A stretch of 64,000 bases of DNA from a virus (Duplodnaviria; Heunggongvirae; Uroviricota; Caudoviricetes), in the IMG/VR virus record IMGVR_UViG_3300028797_000099, positions 64,001 to 128,000 of that record; one strand, 5' to 3'. Of the stretch, positions 34,601 to 44,100 are shown piece after piece (within the stretch, counting starts at the first letter, position 1; each line of letters begins with the position of its first letter). Position numbers and translations under genes: made by a program. The notes beneath the pieces were generated by a model, which saw only the letters and a program-made list of their open reading frames with translations, searched no databases and had not been told where the DNA came from.

Positions 34601-35861
34601 AGGAGTGAACCACAAGGACGCACCCAAGTTCCGTGACAGCCTGATTTCCCAGAGAGACCCGGTAGTAGATTTCTCCTATGTTCAGGCAAGTAAATATGCG
34701 AAAGCCCCTACTCCCGAATTACAGAAATCAAAGACAATCCAATGGATTTCAAACAAGTCGTCCGTTTATCAAAACGCCGACACTTTTGGTGGTGTAAGGT
34801 ACGTAAGTCCCAAGTCTATTCGTAACTTCAATTTCCCTAAGAACCTCCCGCTTATCAACCTGATTGAATATCTAAGGATGATTCAGTTGAAGATGGACGC
34901 TTACGGAACGAAGATGCCGAACAAGGGCGACATGTACGAATGGCTCAACAAGAACAAGATGGCATACCAGCAGTTGCTCGTGTATTTCGGCATGATGGGC
35001 AACCTGCAGTCATTCCGAGCCCTTCTCGCTGGCGAATACATCAGCCGATACAAGCCAATCGTTCTAAGCTATTATTCGACAGACCCGATTGCATTCGTCA
35101 AGAACTTCCTCGGAGATGAATACTACAAAATTCAACTCCGGGCTGACGACATGATTGATGCGTCGTACATTACACTATCAGACGGAAGACTACACATCCC
35201 GTGCGGAGACGGCAGGCCCAACCTTCCTCTGTCAGTAGACAACATGTTCGACCAGAAACAGGTCACGAAAGATAATTACCAACGGGGTCGCTGGGTTGAC
35301 GGAATCTTCGTTCCGGCAACAAAGGAAGACGAATATGTTTCCAAGACATCAGTCATCGGTGGTTACAACAACTTTGTTGCAGTCGGCGGGGATGCCTATA
35401 TCCTGCATGCATTCATCGGAGACCAGATTAAACAAGAGTTCGATGCAATAGTCAAGATGTTCGAAGGATACAACGGAGAACTGATGTTCGACTCGTTCTA
35501 CAACGGACCGTATGCAGACAAGTACGAGCAGCTCGAAAACGAGTTCGGCATCATCGCAAAGCAAGACCTCATTGATTTCGACAAGTTGAAGGGAATGCTT
35601 ACCGTCGCCAACATAAACGACCAGAAAACTGAATCTGGTACAACTCCAATCAGCACTGACGAAGAAACTGGGTACAAGGATATATATGAAAAGGTGGTAT
35701 CGAACGCCGAAGTCGCTGGAATGAAACTAGCATCACTTAGCTCAGAACACCTTGAAGTCAACCCTCCGAAAGCAGAGACCGTAACAATAGAAGATGTCTA
35801 TAAGATAATCAACAACGGCATTGCCCCAACGGCAAACGACATAATTAAATCAACGCATTAA
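31641..35861 (+). CDS. Large virion-type protein with degenerate peptidase M15-like domain
   Basis: ETTRSVDDQ...SWHNYGLAAK; TATAAAC upstream. Confidence 0.65.
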   Translation: MFDFSKYFKKMSAKTDAKIELKDVPIKADSSVATDDGDNSLNEYVTRNIDYIVTGITLDDTTRYYGTDRYFDGSTNDKKDMLVQSCSVIGEDGKESDDRYAFRVGSSLGDAEYEVPRPGGTLISTVNGYAHYDDDANVDQKVGLKLSVVPKYALIKNPQPVADDASVYAHAMAMFGLFGSGCETYKWATSDKYEKKNCSLSHSTLQRRMSKVARDVQENKFEVEVSTYYDLVDPNAAPPPPGKNAEDVTVVDLSRRMTASDVAKADTAGFCKKMQNYGYMIDCTGDNQTPFLPSLRDAFEAYFPKEEVAEDFEDQFSDVLAGIKSLWSLKKHLKKSTRQKIEKVSAADFRNASPDEINYTAEGETFLIDVESLKCSFANDESSDLNSFVTIVTPYFSIDKYKRFQFKRQINGIYIYTKMDSPVVLKDLYDAYSGSSVANALISYTEYKLPDFYSMLEGIFDTYVAPRIPNIKKYEWLSNLLNHAVIGTKTPISKANDPSFTSPFLFGQTAEEIEAYVNANSEMTIKVVDWYNGAKYDTETNVASTARKELIPLFQADSSITSSHLHDKIDIVDDIDDIVDTFDSVITALAFLHPSAAAILKIRLNSLKREVDDFNRVINRIKYFEYYTADSVFESKERLLSDAQCYRVTNGIPITANYPARLLIPTRLYKKVKKKIRFLYFWKTITRTKYIGTRWTEIRFINVGLYSKYPKDMRIPKRMIPFESSYTYGTSIIVNREIPSDLEPGKKVSLKVENFADELSATITDAHTITLDSIAAIPKTGNTQYFMVGLDDTKSGDETSQVNIEYNLPYFPYDEEIRGYAFGSYGPFDQSRYAIKDRSGSFGSGKDGWKIFYDTSKEISALRKGINIYPCVAHLVKILKDEFGKEKVELVETTRSVDDQRARCLGGSESAFLSWHNYGLAAKIMIYQDDKKTPIKDGSDDMMKLVDIARTFTDDCLNGKYGTRFNVVWCGRLTVGADLFDWEFLPIGVNHKDAPKFRDSLISQRDPVVDFSYVQASKYAKAPTPELQKSKTIQWISNKSSVYQNADTFGGVRYVSPKSIRNFNFPKNLPLINLIEYLRMIQLKMDAYGTKMPNKGDMYEWLNKNKMAYQQLLVYFGMMGNLQSFRALLAGEYISRYKPIVLSYYSTDPIAFVKNFLGDEYYKIQLRADDMIDASYITLSDGRLHIPCGDGRPNLPLSVDNMFDQKQVTKDNYQRGRWVDGIFVPATKEDEYVSKTSVIGGYNNFVAVGGDAYILHAFIGDQIKQEFDAIVKMFEGYNGELMFDSFYNGPYADKYEQLENEFGIIAKQDLIDFDKLKGMLTVANINDQKTESGTTPISTDEETGYKDIYEKVVSNAEVAGMKLASLSSEHLEVNPPKAETVTIEDVYKIINNGIAPTANDIIKSTH

Positions 35862-36945
35862 ACTGGCCTGCCTTTTCCTTGGCCTTTCTGCGTTCTTCCT
35901 TTTCTATGGCACGCATCTTTGCGTTTACTTCCTGCCTGTGCTTCACGTTGGCCTGGTGGATGCTACGTCTTACCGCACGGTTGTATTCAAGCCTTTTCTG
36001 TGATACATGGCCATTTTCAACGAAGTCTTCTGGGTTCATTCCAAGGACTTCACCCACCATGATTTCTTCGTCAGACATCGTACATAGTGCATTCTTTCTT
36101 GCCGTAGCATTTACACGGGCCTCGTCCACCCTCTTCTTGATGTTGTCGAAGATTCCGTACATGACATTGAAGTTCTTTTTCAAATACTGCACAAGACGGG
36201 CACCCGTCATCGGAGTCCTCGAAATCAAACCTTCGGGAACAACCCTGCGGTTCATCCACAGTTTCTTCTTCACTTCACATGGGACGATGATAAATAGTCC
36301 GTCAGCCGTGATTTTCACAAGGGTGATATGTTCAGGGTTTGCCGCCCAGCAAATGCTCCTTTCTTCCATTTGCCCGTTGGAGTCATACTTGATACTTACC
36401 GTTTCGTCGCATGTGAATATAACACCCCAGTAGTAACCATGGGTGTCTCTCGGTCTGACCGTACCCAGCTTCCTTGCATAGATATATCCATTACGGCGAC
36501 CGCCGACTTCTTCAGGCTTGGAGTTAGTCTCAATTTTCATGAACGAGTTAAGGTTCGGATTCCCGTGATATACCTGAGTTTCCACAATGTTCCTCGCCTT
36601 CACCTCCGACTTCATCAGGTCTATGTACCAAACATTCGGGGGTTCCTCATGGTAGCCGCTAGTATGGTAGAAAATGTTAAGAGTACCGTTTACAAAGTCT
36701 ATCCAGTTCTGGTCCGTGCTTGTCTGGAAATCAAACTTTTTAAACCAGTCTTCATATTCCTTCTGCACTGCGGTCGGAAGCGATTCCACCGTAACGAACC
36801 CCTGCAACTTGTCTGGTGAACGATTGTACTGCGGAGCGACTTTCTTTATCCAATAATCAAGAACGATATCCTTATGGTCCTTCCAGTTGATACCATCATT
36901 CAAATAGTTAAACAAACGGATTCCGGCAAGCTTCTTCGACTTCAT
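35845..36945 (-). CDS. Hypothetical protein
   Basis: 366-aa ORF; TATAAACTA upstream. Confidence 0.75.
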   Translation of the reverse strand: MKSKKLAGIRLFNYLNDGINWKDHKDIVLDYWIKKVAPQYNRSPDKLQGFVTVESLPTAVQKEYEDWFKKFDFQTSTDQNWIDFVNGTLNIFYHTSGYHEEPPNVWYIDLMKSEVKARNIVETQVYHGNPNLNSFMKIETNSKPEEVGGRRNGYIYARKLGTVRPRDTHGYYWGVIFTCDETVSIKYDSNGQMEERSICWAANPEHITLVKITADGLFIIVPCEVKKKLWMNRRVVPEGLISRTPMTGARLVQYLKKNFNVMYGIFDNIKKRVDEARVNATARKNALCTMSDEEIMVGEVLGMNPEDFVENGHVSQKRLEYNRAVRRSIHQANVKHRQEVNAKMRAIEKEERRKAKEKAGQFNALI

Positions 36946-37031
36946 AAACTACCTATCTTTACCAAATAGTTTATACTTCCGCCCAACCCAGAACTATATA
37001 AACTATATGTGAATTCAATCGGAATACAACA

Positions 37032-37979
37032 ATGCAGAACGAAGAACTTTCCATTTTTGAATCACAGTCCTTGTTTGAGGAGATAAACCAGCAGTGCAAG
37101 GCCATTGCCAATCTGCCCCCAGACGAAGATGACACACCGAATGACGAAGAGGACATTGCGGTTGTCGTCAGGGCCAGCCCGCATGAGAATGAAAACGCAC
37201 CCCTATATAGGGCATACGGGATTTCCGGCGAACAAATAAACACCAAGAAAGGACCGATTTTCAGTGCAACAGACGACCATGAACTTACCACCAAAGACAA
37301 GGAAACCATCTGTGAGTGCGGTCTTGGTCTGAACACCATGAATGCCATCCATGCGATGAAGAACATCAACGCTCTCGAATCGCTTGGTTACGAAGCACCG
37401 TACAATGTTGGCGATACCGTCCACTTGAAGAACCAGGACATGCCGCACATCTTCGTCATTGTATCGACCGACGGTGACGGATATGAGCTCGCAAAGCCGA
37501 CAAACAACTGTGCCGAAATGCGTACCTGCGGTGACGGCTGCTGGCCAAGAATGCACTGTTCCGCCGACGAAATCGACAAGAAGACGATGTACGACCTCAT
37601 GGCAATCGTGAACATTCTCAAGGAGAACGAGGCGTGTGACAAACAGATGAAGGAAAAGCTCTGCCCGACCCTCATCCCGGAGTATGACACTACTCGACTC
37701 GGAATGCATCAGCTCCATGAAGCCCAGATTTCTACGGTGGATAGCCGGGGCCAAAAGCTGGCAAAGCAAAACCGCAACGCAATAATGCACCAGGACCTGA
37801 AAACCCTCCACAATAACCAAATGATGGACGAGCAAGGCCACCTAAAACCGAACAACAAGGAACTATTCAAAGGCATATCGGAACGCATGGACGAAATCTT
37901 CGGCACTGGATACAAGGATAAGTTCACTTATGACGGTGGCCCGGAAGTTCAATGGTCTGACGAACCTATTCAGGCTTAG
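37032..37979 (+). CDS. Hypothetical acidic protein
   Basis: TATAAACTA upstream; 315-aa ORF. Confidence 0.75.
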   Translation: MQNEELSIFESQSLFEEINQQCKAIANLPPDEDDTPNDEEDIAVVVRASPHENENAPLYRAYGISGEQINTKKGPIFSATDDHELTTKDKETICECGLGLNTMNAIHAMKNINALESLGYEAPYNVGDTVHLKNQDMPHIFVIVSTDGDGYELAKPTNNCAEMRTCGDGCWPRMHCSADEIDKKTMYDLMAIVNILKENEACDKQMKEKLCPTLIPEYDTTRLGMHQLHEAQISTVDSRGQKLAKQNRNAIMHQDLKTLHNNQMMDEQGHLKPNNKELFKGISERMDEIFGTGYKDKFTYDGGPEVQWSDEPIQA

Positions 37980-37999
37980 TTCAATTCAAAGGAGATGCT

Positions 38000-38338
38000 A
38001 TGACATTGAAACCCAAAATCTACTACGATGCAAGCTGCCCAGTATGCAGCAGCTACATCCGCCTGATTAAGAAGAAGGTGAGCGAAGAAGTTGTAGACTA
38101 TCTCGATGCAGGTTCCGAAGCAAAGGACTTCAAGTACACCGATGCCAACGGAAACACCTACACAGGAACAACAGCAATCGACCGCATGGCCAAGGACTTC
38201 CCGGAAATCCTCGACTTCATGTGGGTTCTTCCTCCATCACTCAGATTGAAAGGTCTAAAAACGGTTTACAAAGCTAGCGGTGTCGCAAGACGCACAATAG
38301 CAAAGGTAACTAAACGACCGTGTAACTGCGGACATTAA
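38000..38338 (+). CDS. DCC-family (DUF393) thiol-disulfide oxidoreductase-like protein
   Basis: IYYDASCPVC motif; AAAGGAG SD. Confidence 0.75.
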   Translation: MTLKPKIYYDASCPVCSSYIRLIKKKVSEEVVDYLDAGSEAKDFKYTDANGNTYTGTTAIDRMAKDFPEILDFMWVLPPSLRLKGLKTVYKASGVARRTIAKVTKRPCNCGH

Positions 38339-38341
38339 ATT

Positions 38342-38372
38342 TAAAACCCACTGAGAAATCAGTGGGTTTTTA
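38342..38372. terminator. Bidirectional terminator
   Basis: aaaacccactga-gaaa-tcagtgggtttt. Confidence 0.85.
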
Positions 38373-38376
38373 GTAT

Positions 38377-38814
38377 TTAGTTCGTTCCGTCGGTTACCTC
38401 AATGGTCTTAGCCTCGCCGCTATCAGGTCTTTTCTTCACAGCGATAGTACAGAGACCATCCTTGACGGTAGCGGCAGCATTCGCCACATCGTATGCACAT
38501 GGATATGTCCACGAGAACGTGAAGTTCGGCCTCTTGATGTAATCGTAGAAAGGCACATAACCCTCAGGGTCTTTCGGGGAGGTCGCAGTAACCTTAATCA
38601 CGTTACCCTTAGCCTCTACTTGAACATCCGATGCGGAACAACCAACAACGGCAATCTCAAGAATAAGGACTTCCTCGTTCTCCTGGGTCTCTGGATTCTG
38701 GATGACAGCCTTCTTAAATGCGTAAGGGAAAATCGGGCGTCCGTATTTCTTCGGCTCGAATATGTCGAATACCGTTTCATACATAGCGTTCAATGCAGGA
38801 AGTGTTCCCACCAT
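38377..38814 (-). CDS. Small heat-shock protein (Hsp20/alpha-crystallin domain)
   Basis: LEIAVVG...DVQVEAKGNVIKV...F.F....DVANAAATVKDGLCTI; AGGAG SD before ATG 38814. Confidence 0.8.
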   Translation of the reverse strand: MVGTLPALNAMYETVFDIFEPKKYGRPIFPYAFKKAVIQNPETQENEEVLILEIAVVGCSASDVQVEAKGNVIKVTATSPKDPEGYVPFYDYIKRPNFTFSWTYPCAYDVANAAATVKDGLCTIAVKKRPDSGEAKTIEVTDGTN

Positions 38815-38914
38815 AGTTATTCTCCTGTCGGCAGTTTGCCGACCGTTGAGTGAACCGAGGCCCCGACAGTTTGTCAAGACCCCATGCCATCAGGAGTTTC
38901 CGTCAGGCAAATGA

Positions 38915-38940
38915 AAAAGGGAGCCAGTGCGGCCCCCTTT
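38915..38940 (-). terminator. Intrinsic terminator
   Basis: GGGGGCC-GCACT-GGCTCCC-TTTTT on minus strand. Confidence 0.65.
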
Positions 38941-38968
38941 CCATATTCTAGTTTATACACTCAACGAG

Positions 38969-39325
38969 TTAGAGTTCTTCGTCGTTGACCGAAGCTGTCG
39001 GTTCGGCTTCCGTTTCGTATTCCTTTACCCTCAGGTCGTTTGCGGCACCCGTTCCTACCAGTGCAGCATCAAGGCCTTCGGCATTCAGGAATTCGACAAC
39101 CGACAATAGTCCACGGCGTATTTCAGCCGGAGTCTTCTTCGTCATTACCTTGCTGGACATAATCTGCTTGACAGTCTTGAGTTCAGCCGCCCTGCGCCAT
39201 ACTCTCCATTCGTAGTCGCTCATGTCTCCACGCTCGGTAATCATGTAGCCCATGTTGGTATCTCTCAGAAGAGGGACTAGAACATAGTTGGCGTTAATGA
39301 TTTCTGCAATCGTCTTCATGGCCAC
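38969..39325 (-). CDS. Hypothetical protein
   Basis: AGGAGG SD. Confidence 0.75.
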   Translation of the reverse strand: MAMKTIAEIINANYVLVPLLRDTNMGYMITERGDMSDYEWRVWRRAAELKTVKQIMSSKVMTKKTPAEIRRGLLSVVEFLNAEGLDAALVGTGAANDLRVKEYETEAEPTASVNDEEL

Positions 39326-39328
39326 CTC

Positions 39329-40231
39329 CTAGATGCTAACACTCACACACACTCCCTTTTCGCTAGACAGTATGGCGATAGTAACATGCAACTGGCCGTT
39401 TTCAAATGCAGCCTTAACATTGTCCTCGTCAACAGGCTTCGCAAACGGGAATGTAAACTTAAAGTGATTCAACAAGTATGCCGGAACACTGGACTGTGCG
39501 GCCAACACCTTGATTCTCTTATTCTTCTTGCCAGCAGCAGGAGATTCAGAATGAAGCTTACGGATACCGCTTACTTCGAGGCTGTTCTGAACAACCCTTA
39601 CCTTGATGTCACTCGGGTTAACTCCCGGCAGGTCGATGTAACATTCATAGTTCTGGTCGCTGGTTACATACATTTCAGAGAACGGCGCCCCAAACCCGTC
39701 ACTCATTTGCGGAACCTGCGGAACAGGCTGCATCTGCATCGGCTGTTGCGGGTAGTACTGCGGCGGCTGAGGATATCCTTGTTGCGGATAACCCTGCTGC
39801 GGATAATACTGCGGTTGAGGCGGGTAGTACGGCTGTTGCTGCATCGGTTGTTGCGGCATCGGCTGTGGTTGCTGAGGAATCGGCTGTGGAGCCTGCGGTT
39901 GAGGCAACGGCTGGGCCACCATCTGTGCCGGAGCCACACGCTGTACGTTATTCACAGGCGGCTGCTGGTAATTGTTGTACTGGGCAACAGGACCTTGCTG
40001 TCTGGGTACTGGACGTTGCGGTTGCTTACGGTTAATCTGCCCAGGGATAATACCGAGCGGGCTCTTGTTGGCCAACTCAGCCGCTTCCTGAATCTGCCTT
40101 GCCGCTTCACTGTTTGACATAGTCGGTTCACCGTTGGGAACATCGCCAACAGACTGACCAGACGTTGCTATTGTTGGTTCTTCTAACATTTTTTTCTCTC
40201 CATTAAAAAATCGTGTAATGAATTTGAACAT
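39329..40231 (-). CDS. Hsp20-domain protein with Pro/Gln/Tyr-rich low-complexity N-terminal region
   Basis: YIDLPGVNPSDIKV...F.FPFAKPVDEDNVKAAFENGQL; PQQGYPQQGYPQ repeats. Confidence 0.8.
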   Translation of the reverse strand: MFKFITRFFNGEKKMLEEPTIATSGQSVGDVPNGEPTMSNSEAARQIQEAAELANKSPLGIIPGQINRKQPQRPVPRQQGPVAQYNNYQQPPVNNVQRVAPAQMVAQPLPQPQAPQPIPQQPQPMPQQPMQQQPYYPPQPQYYPQQGYPQQGYPQPPQYYPQQPMQMQPVPQVPQMSDGFGAPFSEMYVTSDQNYECYIDLPGVNPSDIKVRVVQNSLEVSGIRKLHSESPAAGKKNKRIKVLAAQSSVPAYLLNHFKFTFPFAKPVDEDNVKAAFENGQLHVTIAILSSEKGVCVSVSI

Positions 40232-41025
40232 TATGAATTCACCGTCTCTTTAAGAAGACTATAAAATTCCTTGTTCTTGGCTATTTTTTCATAGGCAGCC
40301 TTCTTAATCTTCTGAAACTCTGCCTTCTTCATATTGAGGTTTGCCGCAATATCCGCCGCAGGAAGGACCACATCATCCTTCAATCCAAACGAATATCGCA
40401 TTATGTAGAGTTCCTTGCTGTCCAAACTGGTTTCGAGCATCTTCCAGAGAGCATCCTTCATATTATCGTGTTCAAGCTCTTCGATGCCATCGGAGTTCAG
40501 GTCAGGGGCCTCATTATAGATACTATCCGGGTTGTCATCCTTCGAAGTCCTGATAGACTGCTTCAAGTTGCTCATTACTTCGTTGGCATGCCCCTCACGT
40601 TCCGTATAATCAGTCTGGTTTAAACGACGCTTCTTTGAGACGTTCGACTTCAATGCGATAGGAATACGGATTAGGTCGTCGTCAGACACAAAGGTATTCA
40701 ACGCACGGCGTACATACCACACGACAAACGAGATGAATTTGGTGCCTACATGGGGGTCATACTTGTTGAAAGCTTCAATCAAGCCAATTTTCGCCTCGGC
40801 AAACAAGTCATCTATGGACTTGTCACATTCCTTGGCTTTATCACTTGCCATCTTGAACGCAAACTTCAAGTTGGCTATGATGATTTTGTCGAAGATTTCC
40901 TTCTTACGGGACTCATCCGTGCTGTTGGCATACTCCTCGAACAGCCGACGTTCCTCTTCCCGACTCATTGTAACTGATTTGTTAAGTTCTGCCTTTATGC
41001 ATGGTGTAATCTTACAGTAGTCCAC
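40231..41025 (-). CDS. RNA polymerase sigma factor (sigma-70 family)
   Basis: ANLKFAFKMA, DDLFAEAKIGLIEAFNKYDP..GTKFISFVVWYVR, LIRIP, region-4 HTH. Confidence 0.9.
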   Translation of the reverse strand: MDYCKITPCIKAELNKSVTMSREEERRLFEEYANSTDESRKKEIFDKIIIANLKFAFKMASDKAKECDKSIDDLFAEAKIGLIEAFNKYDPHVGTKFISFVVWYVRRALNTFVSDDDLIRIPIALKSNVSKKRRLNQTDYTEREGHANEVMSNLKQSIRTSKDDNPDSIYNEAPDLNSDGIEELEHDNMKDALWKMLETSLDSKELYIMRYSFGLKDDVVLPAADIAANLNMKKAEFQKIKKAAYEKIAKNKEFYSLLKETVNS

Positions 41026-41111
41026 AAAACAACCATTTGTTTCGAGTATATCCTAATATATATTATTTGACAGCAATTCCCTCAAACTATTTTGAGGGAA
41101 CCGCTTTTTCA

Positions 41112-44100
41112 TCACATTTGACGTTTTCTCGGGTCTGGAACACCCAGTCGGAGAAAGTCGTTCAGTGTAGCCTCCCTTGCCAGAAGACCTTCACGGTGAA
41201 CCATTGGCGAGCGAGTATCACTCCTCAGTCTAACAGGACCGATATATGTCTTGCCAAATCCTAGACCCTTCTCTGGAGAGTAGGTTATCTGCTGATAACG
41301 CATCTTAGTGTTTCCTGCGTTCTCATAGAACTCCCTCTCAGAGCTATCCACATAGCCGACCTTACTGCACTTTGCAAGGACGCTATACGGCATTCCATCA
41401 TGTCTAGCATCTCTACCCCTGAGGAAATACACCTTTTCGTTACTCTTCAAATTCAACTGAGCTAGAATCTGGTTGTACGGGTCCACCAGAGACTCATCGA
41501 CATCATTTGACTTCATCGCATTTCCACGTAGCATATTCAGTTGATATGCAAGACTGTTTTTCTGTTTCAATCCTTCGGTATTTCCTGAAATAGCCCTAGC
41601 AATGATATCAAGCGCATGTCTGTTTGCAGATGTTCCAGAATCAAGCAGGTATTTATAACCCGCCCTATACATGGCATCAGACTTGCAATCTACCTTATAT
41701 GGAGTCGGATAGTGCCAAACGTCATCATCGTCACGCCACTGCTTCGAACATGTACTCTGAATAACTTTTCCTTCATCGTCAACAACCGGGGAGCTGTATT
41801 CGTAGTGGGCACGTTCAGTATCTATCATCATACGACCGTCAATGTCGGTGTATGCATTCATGATAGTATCATAATTATCAATCTTACCGATATGGTTCGG
41901 GCTATCAATCACGTCATCACGGAACTGATTGACACGGCTCTGGGAATTTTTTTCAACAATTTTCATCTGGTCTGCGGTAAGACTAAGCGGAGTCTTGTGG
42001 TCCTTTCCGTTGATGAGGAAAATCTGCACAAAATCCTTTTCGCTTACATATCTGAAACAATCATTATAGCCGTTCTCTTCAAGGAACTTCAGATACTCTC
42101 TCAGAGTAATCTTGCCTGCCGCATACATGTCGAAATCCATATTCTGAACAAACAGTTTCCTTTTCCTAAGAATTGCATCATGGTTCAGAACAACGTTCGG
42201 ACACTTCAGCATCACAATCTGTCGAGCTACATTTACAGGTTTTCCAGATGCATCAGGCTTCTGGTTTATCACACCTATAAAGAAAGCACCTGTATGGTCC
42301 CAGATAGTAGTCTTCAACCGCTCGTTAGGGATAATGTTGCCATCCGGGTCAATATCCAGGAACACACTCTTATTCATGTGGACTGACGACGGATTATTTG
42401 CGACGAAATCCTTGACAAGAAACTTGGTTGGGAATAATGTCAACCCGGCCACCGACATGTCTCCTGCCTTGAATTTGGCATACTTCACCAACGGATTTTC
42501 ACCCTTAGCCGAACCGCCAAACGTATTTTGCCCAAGTTGCAACCTATTTGCTACACTAATAGCATCAGTGCAGTCGCCCTTCAATATGGCGTCATTATTA
42601 AGGAATACACTAAGCATTGCTGAATCAGTTTCGTTGAGGCTATACGGAGAACAGCCCTCCAAGTGCATGTTTCCACGAACTACGACTTCATCATCAGACC
42701 CCTGCGGGCTGGATATTTCAGAGCCGAACACATGAGCACCGCCCTCGACATACACTCTTCCGGCAAGTTCGATGAGTCCGGCACTCCTGTCTTCCCTTGA
42801 TTTTCCAAACACAGTTCCACGGCGACGACCGTGGTCGATGCGGATACACTTGGCGATATTCTCTGCTGGTGTCGTATTGACACCGCTTATTTCAGTCCTT
42901 GCAAACTGTCCACCACCTTCGGCATTAGCACCAACAGTAGTTCCTTTAAGAGTACATGTGCGGATGCTGCATGGGCCATTGGCAACCACATTGTTCAAGT
43001 AACAGCCGCTACATGCCACTGAACCCGCACTCGAATCCAATGTGACATCACCGACAAGCTGGGTAACAACCTCACCCTTCTCGAACAATTTATGTCCTTT
43101 GGAACCGTTAGCAGCACTCTTTATGAATCCAGTTTCATAACTTGCCGTTCCGAAGATGCTAATCAAGTTGTCTCCCTTGAACGTGACATTTGCTGCATCT
43201 ACCGGGTCAAGTCCACGCTTCCATCCATTAAATGTCTTGTCGCCAGCGTTACTCATGTGTAGATTCACAAGGTTACAATCATCGATTGTGGCATAGCCAT
43301 TTTCGATAGTCGAACTGCGTATCTTTGATTTGATTATGGTTACGCCACGAAGGCCTTTCTTGGAGATTTCCCCATATATACGGTTATTGGGCAACATCTC
43401 GTTAGCGCCATTGTTTCCAACAGCAATGGTCGTATCCACAAGAGAAGAGCCATAACCAATGTTCACAAATCCTGTACTTTGCGAGATGTCCACCTTGCTC
43501 AGCTCGCACTTGCCGATAACAAATTCTCCATCCTTTGCAAGATTACATCCGTCCACGATTATAGCAAATCCCCGTATAGTCGGGACACCACCTTTAAGAC
43601 CAGTCTTTCCGACAATCCTTTCCAGCGATTCACCCGGCTTGCAGCTGCTATCATCAAACATGGCAACAACCTTTGCCGACAAATAGCCATTAGGCGTTCT
43701 ACCGAGCAGAATCAACGGATGGCATGGAGTTCCTTCGGAAACAACATTTCCCTCGGCATCCTTCGTTCCGCCAATCATGACCGTATTCTTTCCGGCAACG
43801 TAATTATTAAGGTTGGACGACACCCCCTTTCCATACGCTTGCCTAATCTTGGCTTCAACCCCTTCTTGCAATGTGTAGTCGCCGTTCTTGTCAAGAGCAC
43901 ATTCGATGTTCTCGACCCAGCCGTTTTCATCATATCCATAAGCATTAGAAGCCGCCGTGGACGTAAGGCTCCTTCCCTCGTACTCCGTCTTGACAATAGT
44001 GTTCAACATGTCGACGCCATATCGCTTAACCTGACTCTGGTCAAAGTTCGGGTTATTCTTGACATAGCTATCGTAATTGTCATCATCCATATAGACATAC

